From Squalus acanthias (lineage: Eukaryota): a stretch of 64,000 nucleotides of DNA. Of the stretch, positions 50,473 through 62,630 are shown one piece after another; the stretch's first letter is position 1; every line of letters begins with the position of its first letter. Location of the stretch: assembly GCA_030390025.1 (NCBI GenBank), contig CM059440.1, positions 32,302,001-32,366,000 of the forward strand, written 5' to 3'. A model generated the notes under the pieces. It saw only the letters and a list, made by a program, of their open reading frames with translations, was not told the DNA's origin and ran no database searches. The position numbers and the translations under genes are program-made.

Positions 50473-52989
50473 GTGAGTTTCAACATAAGAATTCTTCGGA
50501 ACAAGAAAAGCTCAGTAGATTCAAAACATTGGTCCCTTTTTGATTGATGCCTACTCCACCTATCTGTTTTCCTCATCGTGCCACTCAATCCAATGTCTCT
50601 TGAACCTAAATGCCTGCTTAAGTGCCCTTTCTTGCTAACTTGTTTCACAAAACTATTAACCTTTGTTTAACAAAAAGTTCCTCCTGGCTTTCCTTGTTAG
50701 TCCTAAGTTACTAATTTTCAACTTCTGTCACCTTGTAGTTGAGCCTTTTGTCACAGAGAATCCTTTTTCTAAATTAGTTTTGTCAATTCCTTTCATAGTT
50801 TTGAAAACATTGCATTGAAGTTTCCACTTTTTTCAAAAGAGAACAGGCCCAACTTCCTTACATTGCTTCTTAACTTCAGATTCCTGAGCCTAGAGTTTCC
50901 AATCGCCATCATTTTAGCATCTGATTAACCCATTTGAAATAAAAGGGAATATGGTGATTGGAAAATAAAGACCCTGATATGCTTGATCATCTTGGTTGCT
51001 CACTTCTATATTTACTAAAAGGGCAATAATAGCCTTTTGTTACAAATTCGGGTCTGCCACAGATCCCTTCTCTGGTTCAATGATATCACTCACTTTCATA
51101 AGCAGTCTGAGTGACTTTTTATGGGAGTCGACTCAGACTGATATATATCTACTTATATGGTAGCGCGGCCCGGAGGCATAACAATGGAACCTCCTTGTGA
51201 CCGGCAATGGATATTTGTGCGTAAATCTTCAATCTCTCCAAAGGTGGATCGAGTTAGCACGAGGTGAGATGAGGTTTGGTTCAAATCATTAAGCTGCTTT
51301 ATTCCACAGTAACGTGAACGTACAAAGCAATGCTTCTAAGCATATTCACTTTGTTCAATTGATGTACTCTATTTCTGCATCATAACAAGAAAAAGCAATA
51401 TTACCCGTACTCCCATGCTTCACTTAAACCAGCAAGTCTGCATCCTGATTTTTTGAGCCTGCCTTTCCTTGGCCCTCTTTGCCTCAACTGTCCCTTCTGT
51501 TGTGAAAGCTAGACGGCTATTTAGGTGTCTGACATTCTACTTTATTGCTGACTGTTCATAGACTGAAAAAAGATTAAAGCTGTCCAACACAATGTGTGTG
51601 AGGTGTTTATCAGTTACAGAGACAAGCCATTAAATTGCTTATTATTTACAGTCTGAGGCAACAACATCAAGGATAGCCCATGAGCATCTTAACTACATTT
51701 AAAGTAACTCTTTTTCGAAATCCGTTGTGGAAAAATAGTCCAAAAAAATCCTGAAATATGACACTTTCCTATGGTTAGTTTGGCCAGACAATGTAGCTGT
51801 TAAGATACTAACACACACTGAAATTCAATATGTGTAAAAGGAAAGACACTAGCCAGCTTTGAGATTGAACACTCTGCTATTTGATTCAGCATAAGACTGA
51901 CTATGTTTACAGTACTCGGGCAACTGAATCGAGAGCAATGTCTATGTCGAGAACTGCAGAGTACTCTGTGTATTATTCGTCTACCCTCCCAGATAAAGGG
52001 TATTATTGACTGAAGCCCGAAAATAGAAACGCAGGCAGATGTAGCTTTTGATTATTGTTGTGGGGGGCTGTGAAGGGAGAAGAGGAACAAATGGACTTTG
52101 GATCCTGCAATTCATAGGCAGCATGAGGAAACACTATAGCTATTTATGTTGTATTAATATTTAATAAAACTGTTCTGGGGCAGCACAGTGATGCAGTGTT
52201 TGTATTTCCAGCCTCCTGTGCTATAAGGTTGTCGGATGCTCCTGTGCACTAAGATTGTCCTCGCAATGAGTTTCTTTCTTAGATGTGCCATTGTGAAGGA
52301 AGTGTTTCTCCCGGACAGGCAAAGCTGCTCTGGCGTGCTTTTGTACAGTTCCTAGTGGCCAGTTATGGAGCAGCATAGGCAGAGGCTTGGAACCAGGTCA
52401 CCTGCTGACCTTTCAGCCAGGGACAATGCATGGTGCAGGGAGATTAGAGAGCAGGAGCAAGGTGGGGGAAGCTTTCAATTTTTATATATGTAAAGTAGGC
52501 CTCATTTATTGTATGAGAAATCGACAAGTAATCAAAATGAGCTTAATGTGCATGAGTACAAACTATATTGGGTAATGCTGTAAAAATGAGTGAGATTTTG
52601 TACGTTCAACTTCAATTCATGTGACCACATTAGACTCCAAACCTATGGGTAAGCAAAGATCTTGGACATTGACGGGTACTCTACAAATTATTCCATGTTT
52701 TTTTGGCACTGTTCTCTTGTCTTGAAGTAATAATGTTTAAGTATACAGTATATTCCATAGGTTTTTGGCTTCTTATAAGAGTGAAACTGCTTTAAATTTA
52801 ATTGTCATTGTGCTGCTTCTGGGTCTGAGTTTTTATGGGAAACTGCCAAAGCCCTTCCTATCATACAGACCCTCCATCTGTTTCCATACATGTAATGAGT
52901 TGCCTCTCTCAACTAGGCCACAAGTGCCATCACTTGACCCAGTAGAAAAATGATTGGTTTTAACTTGCCCACATTTATCTCAAGTAACC

Positions 52990-53430
52990 ACAACAACAAT
53001 AACATGTATTTATATAGCGCCTTCAATGTAGTAAAATGTCCCAAGGTGCTTCACAGGAACATGATCAAACAAAATTTGACACCGAGCCATATGAGATATT
53101 AGGGCAGCTTGGTCAAAGAGGTTGGATTTAAGGTGCATCTTAAAGGAGGATAGAGAGGCAGAGTGGTTTAGGGAGGGAATACCAGAGCCTTAGGGCCTTT
53201 GCAGCTGAAGGCATGGCCGCCAATGGTGGTGCAATTAAAATCGGGGATGCTCACAAGGGCAGTACTGGAGTAACGCAGATATCTCGGAGGGTGTAGGGCT
53301 GGAGGAGATTAGAGATAGGGAGGGGTGAGGCCATGGAGGGATTTGAAAACAAGGATGAGAATTTTAAAATTGAGGCGTTGCTTAACCGGGAGCCAATGTA
53401 GGTCTGTGAGCACAGGGGAGATGGGTGAAT
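52990..53430 (-). mobile_element. L2 LINE 3' end
   Basis: (caa)n then tatttatatagcgcc...cccaaggtgcttcac. Complement of 55477-55750. Confidence 0.85.
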
Positions 53431-53837
53431 GGGATTTTTGGGGGAACCACCATTTCTGTGCCTTCTCTTCCCCCTCCCGCTAAGAGCATGAGAACTCGGA
53501 ATGAATTTCAGTTCCACCTACGTGGTCATCCAGTTCAGACTTCCAAAAATAGAACTGTTATGAAAAAGGATCTGAAAGGGGAGAATTTACTTTTAAATAG
53601 TGACAAACAAAGTTAGCATTTATGTTTCTCACAGCTGAATATACGAAAGCCCAGATATGCAAACCTTGCAGAACTACCCAATTGGTAGACCAGAGGTTAA
53701 GATATGAAACAATCTTGTAGTTTCTTCCTCTACTAGACTCAGTCTGCAGCTACAATACATAATAGCAATTCCAAAAGTCTGGGTCAGCAGGATGTTGTTG
53801 CTAATGATTAGAGTTATATTTCTGCCTGCCTGTTCGT

Positions 53838-53850
53838 GTTGCCTAGCAAC
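53838..53850. promoter_or_regulatory. RFX X-box motif
   Basis: GTTGCCTAGCAAC matches GTNRCC(N0-3)RGYAAC in sequence not recognised as repeat. Confidence 0.35.
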
Positions 53851-54204
53851 AGAACAGATGCTGAAAATGTGTCCTTTGCAGCTGTTTAATATTTAGACAT
53901 TGGCAAAGAATACAAATGGTTACCATATTTACTAGTCAACAAACATGGACCTCTTCAAAAATGACTTTTGTTCTATATTGGGTTATGTTTCGATTTAGTT
54001 TAATTATACTGGTGTGCATCCAGAATATATGCAATAACACGATGATGGAAAGTTTTCTTAACATTATCTTGCTATACTTTTATTACCATCTTTAAGAAAA
54101 GTGTTTATTGTTGCATTCTGTATTTAGTGTAGATAAAATGAGCAAGCTATCCCTTTTTACAGAATCTCTAGTATTTTACCGTATAATTTGGAACATAAAT
54201 TCTT

Positions 54205-54665
54205 GCTTTAATCTAATCTCATGACTTTATGTTTATCTATGTTAAATTGTATCTGCTATTTCTCTGCCCATTGACCTAGTCTGTCCAGATCCATTTGGAG
54301 TATTACACATTAATTAGCATTGTTGGCCAGTGCACACAATTTGGTGTCATCAGAAAACTTTAACATCTGGGACAATATTTTGTTCTCCAAGTCATTTATA
54401 AAAATGATAAACAACAGCACCCCCAACACTGATCCTGTGGGACTTGTCTGACAAATAGTTTCCACTCTTCACACATGCCGATACAACACCACCCTTTGCT
54501 GTTTATCTTCGATAATCAATGCATCAATCCAGGTTAATACTTTGCCATCGGTCCATGGACATGTGGTTTGTGAATCATTCTGTTACATCAGACAGTATTA
54601 AATGCCTTACTGAAATTCAGTTGACAACGTCTACTGCCTCAATCCTTATCCACCAGTTTGGTAAC
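54205..54665 (-). mobile_element. Old CR1-group RT fragment
   Basis: Reverse strand encodes GSVLG(V)LLFIIFINDL and FSDDTKL motifs. Confidence 0.7.
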
Positions 54666-54667
54666 TT

Positions 54668-55345
54668 ATTTTATTCGTTCATGTGGGTGTCGCTGGCAAA
54701 GCCAGCATTTATTGCAGATCCCTAATTGCCCTTGAGAAGGTGTTGGTGAGCTGCCTTCTTGACCTGCTGCAGTCCGTGTGGTGAAGGTACTCCCACAGTG
54801 CTGTTAGGTAGGGAGTTCCAGGATTTTGATCCAGTGACGATGAAGGATCGGTGATATATTTCTAAGTCAGGATGGTGTGTGACTTGGAGGGGAACTTAGA
54901 GATGATGGTGTTCCCATGCGCCTACTGCCCTTGTCCTTCTAGGTGAAAGAGATTGCGGGTTTGGGAGGTGCTGCCGAAGAAGCCTTGGCGAGTTTCTGCA
55001 GTGCATCTTGTAGATGGTACACACTGCAGCCACGGTACGCCGGTGGTGGAGGGAGTGAATGTTTAAGGTGGTAGATGGGGTGCCAATCAAGCGGGCTGCT
55101 ATGTCCTGGATGGTGTCGAGCTTCTTGAGTGTTGTTGGAGCTGCGCTCATCCAAGCAAGTGGAGAGTATTCCATCATACTCCTTACTTGTGCCTTGTAGA
55201 TGGTAGAAAAGCTTTGGGGAGTCAGGAGGTGAGACACTTGCCGCAGAATACCTAGCCTCTGCCCTGCTCTATTTATGTGGCTGGTCCCGTTAAGTTTCCG
55301 GTCAATGGTGACCCCCAGGATGTTGATGGTGGGAGATTCGGCGAT
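54668..55345 (-). mobile_element. Non-LTR retrotransposon 3' end (CR1/L2/Jockey-group ORF2 C-terminus + tail)
   Basis: ORF 54896-55237 TIYKAQVRSMMEYSPLAW...SLHHRRTVAA. The 3' tail also occurs at ~13750 and ~40030. Confidence 0.85.
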
Positions 55346-55355
55346 TTTTTTTTTT

Positions 55356-56070
55356 CACCAGTATAATACCGGGGATAAAAGGGTTAAATTATGAAGACAG
55401 GTTGCATAGACAAGGCTTGTATCCCTTGAATATAGAAGATTAAGGGGTGATCTAATTGAGGTGTTTAAGATGATTCTGGCCTCTTGCACATCCACGATTT
55501 TAATCGCTCCACCATTGGCGATCGTGCCTTCAGCTGCCAAGGCCCTAAGCTCTGGAATTCCCTCCCTAAACCTCTCCGCCTCTCCACCTCCCTTTCCTCC
55601 TTTAAGACGCTCCTTAAAACCTACCTCTTTGACCATCTGCCCATATATATCCTTATGTGATTCGGTGTCAAATTTTGTTTGATTACGCTCGTGTTAAGTG
55701 CCTTGGATGTTTTATTACGTTAATGGCGCTATATAAATACATGATGTTGTAGATATAAGTAGTTTCCTCTGATGGGAGAGTCCAGAACAAACGGGCATAA
55801 TCTTAAAATTAGAGCTAGTCCATTCAGCGATGATGTCAGAAAGCACTTCTTCACACAAAGGGTAGTGAAAATCTGGACCTCCCTCCCCAAAAAGCTGTTG
55901 AGGCTAGGTCAATTGAAAATTTCAAAACTGAGATTGATAATTTTTTGTTGGGCAAGAGTATTGAAGGTTACGGAACCAAGACGGGTAGATGGAGTTAAGA
56001 TGGAGATCAGCTGTGATCTAATTGAATGGCAGAACCGGCTCGAAGGGTTGAATGGTCCTGTTCCTATGAT
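55356..56070 (+). mobile_element. CR1 3' end split by a nested L2 3' fragment (55477-55750)
   Basis: RRLRGDLIEVFKMI, then an L2 tail, then GESRTNGHNLKI...FFTQRVVKIW and the CR1 tail. Confidence 0.8.
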
Positions 56071-57657
56071 TTTCAAGCTACTGGTTTAGGCAACCTAGGA
56101 TTAGGTATTTTGTGTAGCACTTTAACACATACAAAGTTATTTGGGAATCGCAAGGTGGGCCCATCATGTCCGCTTTCCTTCCAGTGTGGTAATGTCTCAT
56201 TACCAACCAGTCACAGTAATGTTTGGCCTCTCCCCAGATCGAAACTTATGATCATGGGAGTGAGAGTTTAAGTGGGTTGATCCTTGCTCAGATGTTTTTG
56301 GAATTATGGACAAATTTTCCAGAAGGCTGCATTTTGTAATACATCTGATACTCATTTATGTGCTAGTTTGTAGAGCTGTTGAGCTCAAAATGCTCAAGGG
56401 GCCAAATGTGTGGTGACATGTCAGATTATCCAAACTGAATACGTGGGTGAGTTCACAGAGTTGTGATAGACTGGCTCTTTTGTATAACCCATGTGTCTTG
56501 TCTATTTACACAATTGCTTACAGAGCTCATATTTTTTGCATTAGGTTCGTTTGAAAGGTTACATAATGGTGTCATTGATCAAAATTTCCTGAAATTGCAG
56601 CTGTCCTTGATACTAAATTTTAAGGAGCTGACCCTTTGGGGACTTCAATGCCTCGAGTTCGAAAAGGTCTTATTTGGTCTGGCTGACATCCAAGAGGCAG
56701 TTATTAACTCTTAAACACAAGCCATAGCTGTGCCAAGTGTAAGGAGTTCCTGTTTTTTCAGCAGGGTGAGGGTTACGAGATCAATTAGGCCCAGAATTCT
56801 GAATGAGATTATCTTGATTAATATAAACATTGAATTTATTCAGTGTAACTTTATCCAGTATTACTGTTGAAGGGGCCCGACATCATATGGGGTGTAAATG
56901 TATTTGTGTAGTTTGAATGCATAGTGATCCCCTTTGTTTATTATATAAGAGCAGAATCTGCATATTGTTCAAAATGGGTAGGTAAAAAAAAACTCTTGTT
57001 AATACTGCAGTGAATCATTGCTAAAGCACTTGATATCTTGCATATTTTGTTTGATTTTTGGAATATCAGTTAATTTCTTAACTGTTTTCCCTCCATTTTA
57101 CCTCTCATCATAACGACCAAGAAGAGGACTTCTGACTAACGCCTGAAAATGTTTAAATCTTTGTATTTTTAAATATCACTGCTGCTCTCTTTTATCAATA
57201 CTACTTGGTTACCATTCCTTTGATCCCTCTTCAAGTTGCAAATATGCTGTCCTACATGTTTTTCCTCATCCGTGCATCCTAGCTGGCTTGAAATCATGAC
57301 TTGATGAGCTGTCAGTTACTCCAATTCATTCTTTCTTTCCCAGGACCTCAAAATTGTGGAACTCCTTGCCTCCCCACAGCCTTCCCTTCTTCCTACAATT
57401 TACAGGTTTTTAAAACTAACCTTGCGGTCACCTAATCTCTGCTCTCTGATTTAACCATTCTCTTCTTTTTTGAACAGTGATGGTGTTGTGCACTTTGGCC
57501 CTTGGCTCTTCACTTGGTTATCTCAGTGGTTTAAAAATAACTACTTGGTATCAAACATGTGTTTACTCTGTCACGTTACAGTAACTCTAGACCAACTATA
57601 AAATAAATGTGAGAAGTCGCACAACACCAGATTATAGTCCAACAGCTTTATTTGAAA

Positions 57658-57694
57658 TCACAAACTTTCGGAGCGCTGCTCCTTCGTCAGGTGA
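57658..57694 (-). ncRNA. Minimal type I hammerhead ribozyme motif in the Penelope pLTR
   Basis: Minus strand: UCAC-CUGACGA-A-GGAGC(AGC)GCUCC-GAAA-GU-UU-GUGA. Has both conserved core boxes, a 5-bp stem II and a 4-bp stem I. PLE-associated minimal hammerheads are an established class. Confidence 0.7.
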
Positions 57695-58001
57695 AGTGAA
57701 GCGATGCATATAGGCACAGCATATATAGTCAGAGAACACTGCCAGATGATTACAGTTAATCTTTCCAACTGCCCTTTATCACACCTTGGCAGAGAGATAA
57801 TCACGGCAATCAAAGGTGTGGATGGTGTCCAAACAGGTCAGTCAGGAAAACATTACATCAAAGACAATGTGGCAGATGCTGGGGTCTGTATGGAAAACAA
57901 AAAACTTTTTTTGCTGGAAATCACAGCAGGTCCGGTCGCATCTGTGTAGAGAGAACAAGCCAACGATGACTCGAGTCTGGATGACGCTACGTCAGGTGGG
58001 G

Positions 58002-58299
58002 TTACATGTAGCGTGACATGAACCCAAGATCCCGGTTGAGGCCGTCCTCATGGGTGCGGAACTTGGCTATCAGTTTCTGCTCGACGATTTTGCGTTGTCG
58101 TGTGTCTCGAAGGCCGCCTTGGAGAACGCTTACCCGAAGATCGGAGGCTGAATGTCCTTGACTGCTGAAGTGTTCCCCGACTGGGAGGGAACACTCCTGC
58201 CTGGCGATTGTTGCGCGGTGTCCGTTCATACGTTGTCTCAGTGTCTGCATGGTCTCGCCGATGTACCATGCTCCGGGGCATCCTTTCCTGCAACGTATG
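58002..58299 (-). pseudogene. Penelope GIY-YIG endonuclease C-terminal part
   Basis: IRCRKGCPGAWYIGETMQTLRQRMNGH...VGEHF...EQKLI...GLNRDLGFMSRYM*. Confidence 0.85.
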
Positions 58300-58647
58300 T
58301 TAGGTTGATTTGGCTGTGATAAATTGACCCTTAGTGTTAGGGAGGGATTAAATATGTGGGGTTATGGGGATAGAATGGGATATGTTAGGGGGAATTAAAT
58401 ACGTGGGGTTACGGGGGTAGGGTGGGATATGTGTACTGTGGGGATTAAAGCAGGGACAGGGTACTGGATTTGGATGATCAGCCATGATCGTATTGAATGG
58501 TGGAGCAGGCTCGAATGGCCTACTCCTGCTCCTAGATTCTATGTTTCTAGTACGCCAGAGGGAGTGTGATAGCTTGATCTTGGTCTCGGACAATGCTCGG
58601 CACAACATCGAGGGCCGAAGGGCCTGTACTGTGCTGTACTGTTCTAT
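58300..58647 (+). mobile_element. Composite SINE/CR1-tail insertion (HE1-like) inside the Penelope endonuclease
   Basis: Flanked by duplicated gtatg (58295-58299, 58648-58652). Contains two successive CR1-type tails (ggagcaggctcgaatggcctactcctgctcc; gggccgaagggcctgtactgtgctgtactgttctat). Confidence 0.75.
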
Positions 58648-58652
58648 GTATG

Positions 58653-60256
58653 AGGTAGACAACGTTGGCCGAGTCACATGAGTATGTACCATGTACCTGG
58701 TGGGTGGTGTCCTCACGTGTGATGATGGTATCTGTGTTGATGATCTGACATGTCTTGCAGAGGTTGCTATGGCAGGGTTGTGTGGTGTCGTGGTCACTGT
58801 TCTCCTGAAAGCTGGGTAATTTGCTGCGAACGATGGTCTGTTTGAGGTTAGGCGGCTGTTTGAAGGCGAGTAGTGGGGGCGTGGTGATGGCCTTAGCGAG
58901 GTGTTCGTCGTCATCGATGACATGTTGAAGGCTGCGAAGAACATGGCGTAGTTTCTCCGCTCCGGGGAAGTACTGGACGACGTAGGGTACTCTGTTGGTT
59001 GTGTCCAGTGTTTGTCGTCTTAGGAGGTCTATGCGATTTTTCGCTGTGGCCCATCGGAACTGTCGATCGACGAGTCGAGCGTCATATCCCGTTCTTACGA
59101 GGGCGTCTTTCAGCGTCTGTAGGTGTCCATCGCGTTCCTCCTCGTCTGAGCAGATCCTGTGTATTCGCAGGGCTTGTCCATAGGGGATGGCTTCTTTAAC
59201 GTGGTTAGGGTGGAAGCTGGAGAAGTGGAGCATCGTGAGGTTGTCCGTAGGCTTGCGGTAGAGTGAAGTGCTGAGGTGTCCGTCTTTGATGGAGATTAGT
59301 GTGTCCAAGAATGAAACCGATTCTGAGGAGTAGTCCATGGTGAGTTTGATGGTGGGATGGAACTTGTTGATGTTATCGTGTAGTCTTTTCAGTGATTCTT
59401 CGCCGTGGGTCCATCGGAAGAAAATGTCGTCTATGTATCTGGTGTATAGCGTTGGTTGGAGGTCCTGTGCAGCGAAGAAGTCTTGCTCGAACTTGTGCAT
59501 GAAGATGTTGGCGTATTGGAGTGCGAATTTGGTCCCCATGGCTGTTCCGTGTGTTTGGGTAAAAAACTGGTTGTCGAAGGTGAAAACATTGTGGTCAAGG
59601 ATGAAGCGGATGAGTTGTAGGATGGCGTCTGGAGATTGGCTGCAGTTGGTGTTGAGTACTGAGGCTGTCGCAGCGATGCAGTCATCGTGGGGGATACTGG
59701 TGTAGAGTGCCGAGATGTCCATCGTGGCGAGGAGTGTTCCTGGTTCAACTGGTCCGTGGGTGCTGAGTTTCTGTAAGAAGTCTGTAGTGTTGCGACAGAA
59801 GCTGGGGGTTCCCTGTACGATGGGTTTCAGGATGCCCTCGATGTATCCAGAGAGGTTCTCACACAGGGTTCCGTTGCCTGATACGATAGGACATCCGGGT
59901 GTGTTGGCTTTGTGTATCTTTGGGAGGCAGTAGAAGTCTCCCACGCGGGGAGTACATGGGATGAGAGCGCGTAGGATGCTTTGAAGGTCTGGATCGAAGA
60001 ACTTGATCAGTCTATTGAGTTGGCGGGTGTGTTCTTTGGTCGGATCTGCAGGTAGCTGTCTGTAGTGTTCCTGGTTGTCCAGTTGTCGGTATGCTTCTTT
60101 GCAATAGTCCATTCTGTTCTGTATGACGATGGCTCCTCCTTTGTCCGCTGGTTTGATGACGATGTTGCGGTTGGTCTTGAGAGCGTGGATGGCGTTACGT
60201 TGTGCTCGGGTGACATTCTGGACTGTCTTGTGAGTGCGGCTGATAAATCTGGCGTT
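58653..60256 (-). pseudogene. Penelope RT coding region, uninterrupted but 5'-truncated and separated from the endonuclease C-terminus
   Basis: The ORF track's 58547..60112 (521 aa) extends upstream in frame (NARFISRTHK...DKGGAIVIQNR). Its last ~35 aa read into the inserted SINE. Confidence 0.85.
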
Positions 60257-61599
60257 GATGTCACCACAAGCTATAAAATAGTTAGCATGACCATAAACCC
60301 TTTTATAATGACTGATGCTGGTTCTGTCTCTTGCATCTCCACATGCTCAGTATTTTTATGCTGTGCCAATACCTACCAGGTTAGTTCAAACCATTGTGCT
60401 CAACTTTTTTGACTTATTGATAGATACAAAAGACGTTTGATTGAACAAACTGCAGCACAGTGATGTTATATAAGTTACAGAACATCCGCTGTTGATGCAC
60501 AATGATTTTTAAAGCATCATTTTACTGATATAAAATCTCTAAAGTGCTTTGTATGCACATATAGCACATGATTATTATTCAATTTTGTGCAGTGTGCTCC
60601 ATTTGTGTCAATTTTCCACACAGTTTGTGTGAACATTGAAGTGATAAGGCTTTATAACACTGCAAGTAATATTGAAGCACATTGTAGTGCAAGTAGTACT
60701 TTTTGTACTGTTGGGACAGTTTAGAACTTTCTCCCCTACATTTTTCCCTCGCCATGGAGCCAACATGAAAGAATTCATCTGTGTCTCTGGGTACAAACAG
60801 ATGAGCCTCTCGCACAGAAAATCTGCATGCAAATATAAGATTCCTACTTGAATGATCTGAGACTGAGCTTAAGTACTTGGGTGCAATAGTGATAACAAGC
60901 AATCCCATTATTAACAGACTTCAGTGGATGCTGGCTTACAAAGTGGCTAAATTATAGTATTTTGCTCTTAGTTGTAAGGATGCGGGACTGAGAGGCAAAA
61001 CGTTTCTCCACAAGTGGCGAATGTTTAAAGAACAAATCAATCTATCCACTCGAGGTATCTCCTGGTGGCCTTAATGGTGACACTGCCAGAGGCCCAGAAG
61101 CAGGTTACTGGCTGTCCCATCAAGCTAATAGGGGGTGAATCATTTTAAAATGAGAGTCGGGGAAATTTCAATAATGTACTTTATGCACTTAATGAAAATT
61201 GCATGTACTTATACACCCTTAACAGAACAACCTTGTATAGTAATGGCATGAAGGTGATTCTGGTTTAAGTATACCCATATTAGAATAAACTTCAGTAAGG
61301 GTTGGGGGTGGGGGGGGAATCTTGAATGAACTGTAAGTGCCATTTTTTTTTAACTTAAACATTTTTAATTCTTCAGGTTTTTTTTTGAAAAGGTTTGCAT
61401 TTTTGTGGTGCTTAAGGGGGATGTCTGTGCTGGCAAATGGTACATTTTTCTGTTCTTTGTTACTCAGTGTTGGCATCATTCCCAAATCAAATATAGCACA
61501 GCCAGATTCAGAGCAAAGTCTCTATATTTACATCCCAACCTGAGAATAGCACTCCCTACTGAACAAGCTTGAATAATTCCATTATGGCTTCTTTGAGTG

Positions 61600-61795
61600 A
61601 AACTGAATAAGGGCATTTTTACACTGTGGGCCTGCACCCACTGGAACTGGATTAAAACTGCCCAAGATTCATTTTTACATAGGACCCTTGAACCCCCAGA
61701 GGAAGAAGACTTTAATCCCATCAGTCTGGGCTGGATTTAAGCCCAGGTCCCACAGATGAAAGGACAGAGTGTTAAGCCACTGTGCTACCTGATCC
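61600..61795 (-). mobile_element. LF-SINE-like tRNA-derived SINE 5' part
   Basis: Minus strand cctttcatctgtgggacctgggcttaaatccagcccag...cctatgtaaaaatga...atccagttccagtggg resembles the LF-SINE head and body as recalled. Confidence 0.5.
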
Positions 61796-62630
61796 TGATG
61801 CGGGGAGGGATTCCAGCAAGTATTTGCTGAAAAAGAGCTCTTTGTGCTCTGAAGCAAAGGGAAATGTATACGGGAGAGTTTAAGGCAGACATTTGCAGGT
61901 GGCCTGCAATGTGAGTCTAATTAGCGCAGGCAGCATGTGTTTGGATGCACACAGGTACCAGAGATGTTTCGTTACTTCACTTTGCTGATTCTTCTTGGCA
62001 GAAAGTCAGTTATTCATACTTTGCTGCCTTGATGCATCAGTGGAATTTGACTTCCTATAGTTTGATTGTACAATGAAAAAATTCCTTTTCCCTGAGTTAA
62101 TGCATTATCTAACACTTGGCTTGGCCTTGGCATAGGAGGTCCACTTTAAAAAAAAAAAAAGATCTTCTTGGCTTCGTTATATCATTGATCTAAATATAGG
62201 TTTGAGCTTGGTACTGTGCACTCCTATTAAGCGTATAACTGATTCTTCACAGTATGTGGCTATCTGGGGCAAACACCCAAGAGGAACCCATCTCAAAATA
62301 CACTGTCGTACAAAGACTGACTTATTTGTAGGAGGGGGAAAGAATTTAGTTTCAAGTTTTTAATAATAGGTCTTTTTAGACTTGGTTAGAATGTTCACTG
62401 AAGCCTGCCGATAATAACCAGTTTGGGATCTGGCCTCGTATGTTTCTAATGGACAGGTTCCAACTTGAATTCCTGTGAAACACAGGATGCTTTACGGATT
62501 TAGCTCAAAAACCTACACTATTTAATTCTTTCCCCTCACGGTTTCATTTGCGTCAAGTATCATACTAGATGAATTCTGCCCTCCCCTTAGAATGAAAAGG
62601 CTTTCTTGATGCCTTGGAGGTAAAGTCATT

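Larger units (their letters stand above)
57608..60258 (-). mobile_element. Penelope-like retroelement, 5'-truncated (RT + GIY-YIG endonuclease + 3' pLTR)
   Basis: Open frame from ~60256: IKPADKGG, PKIHK, DISALYTSIP, GTAMGTKFA, RYIDDIF, FLD, YRKPT, CxxxxCxxC, then VVYLI/RCRKGCPGAWYIGET...GLN. 3' end has a hammerhead motif and AATAAA (57647-57652, -). Confidence 0.93.
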
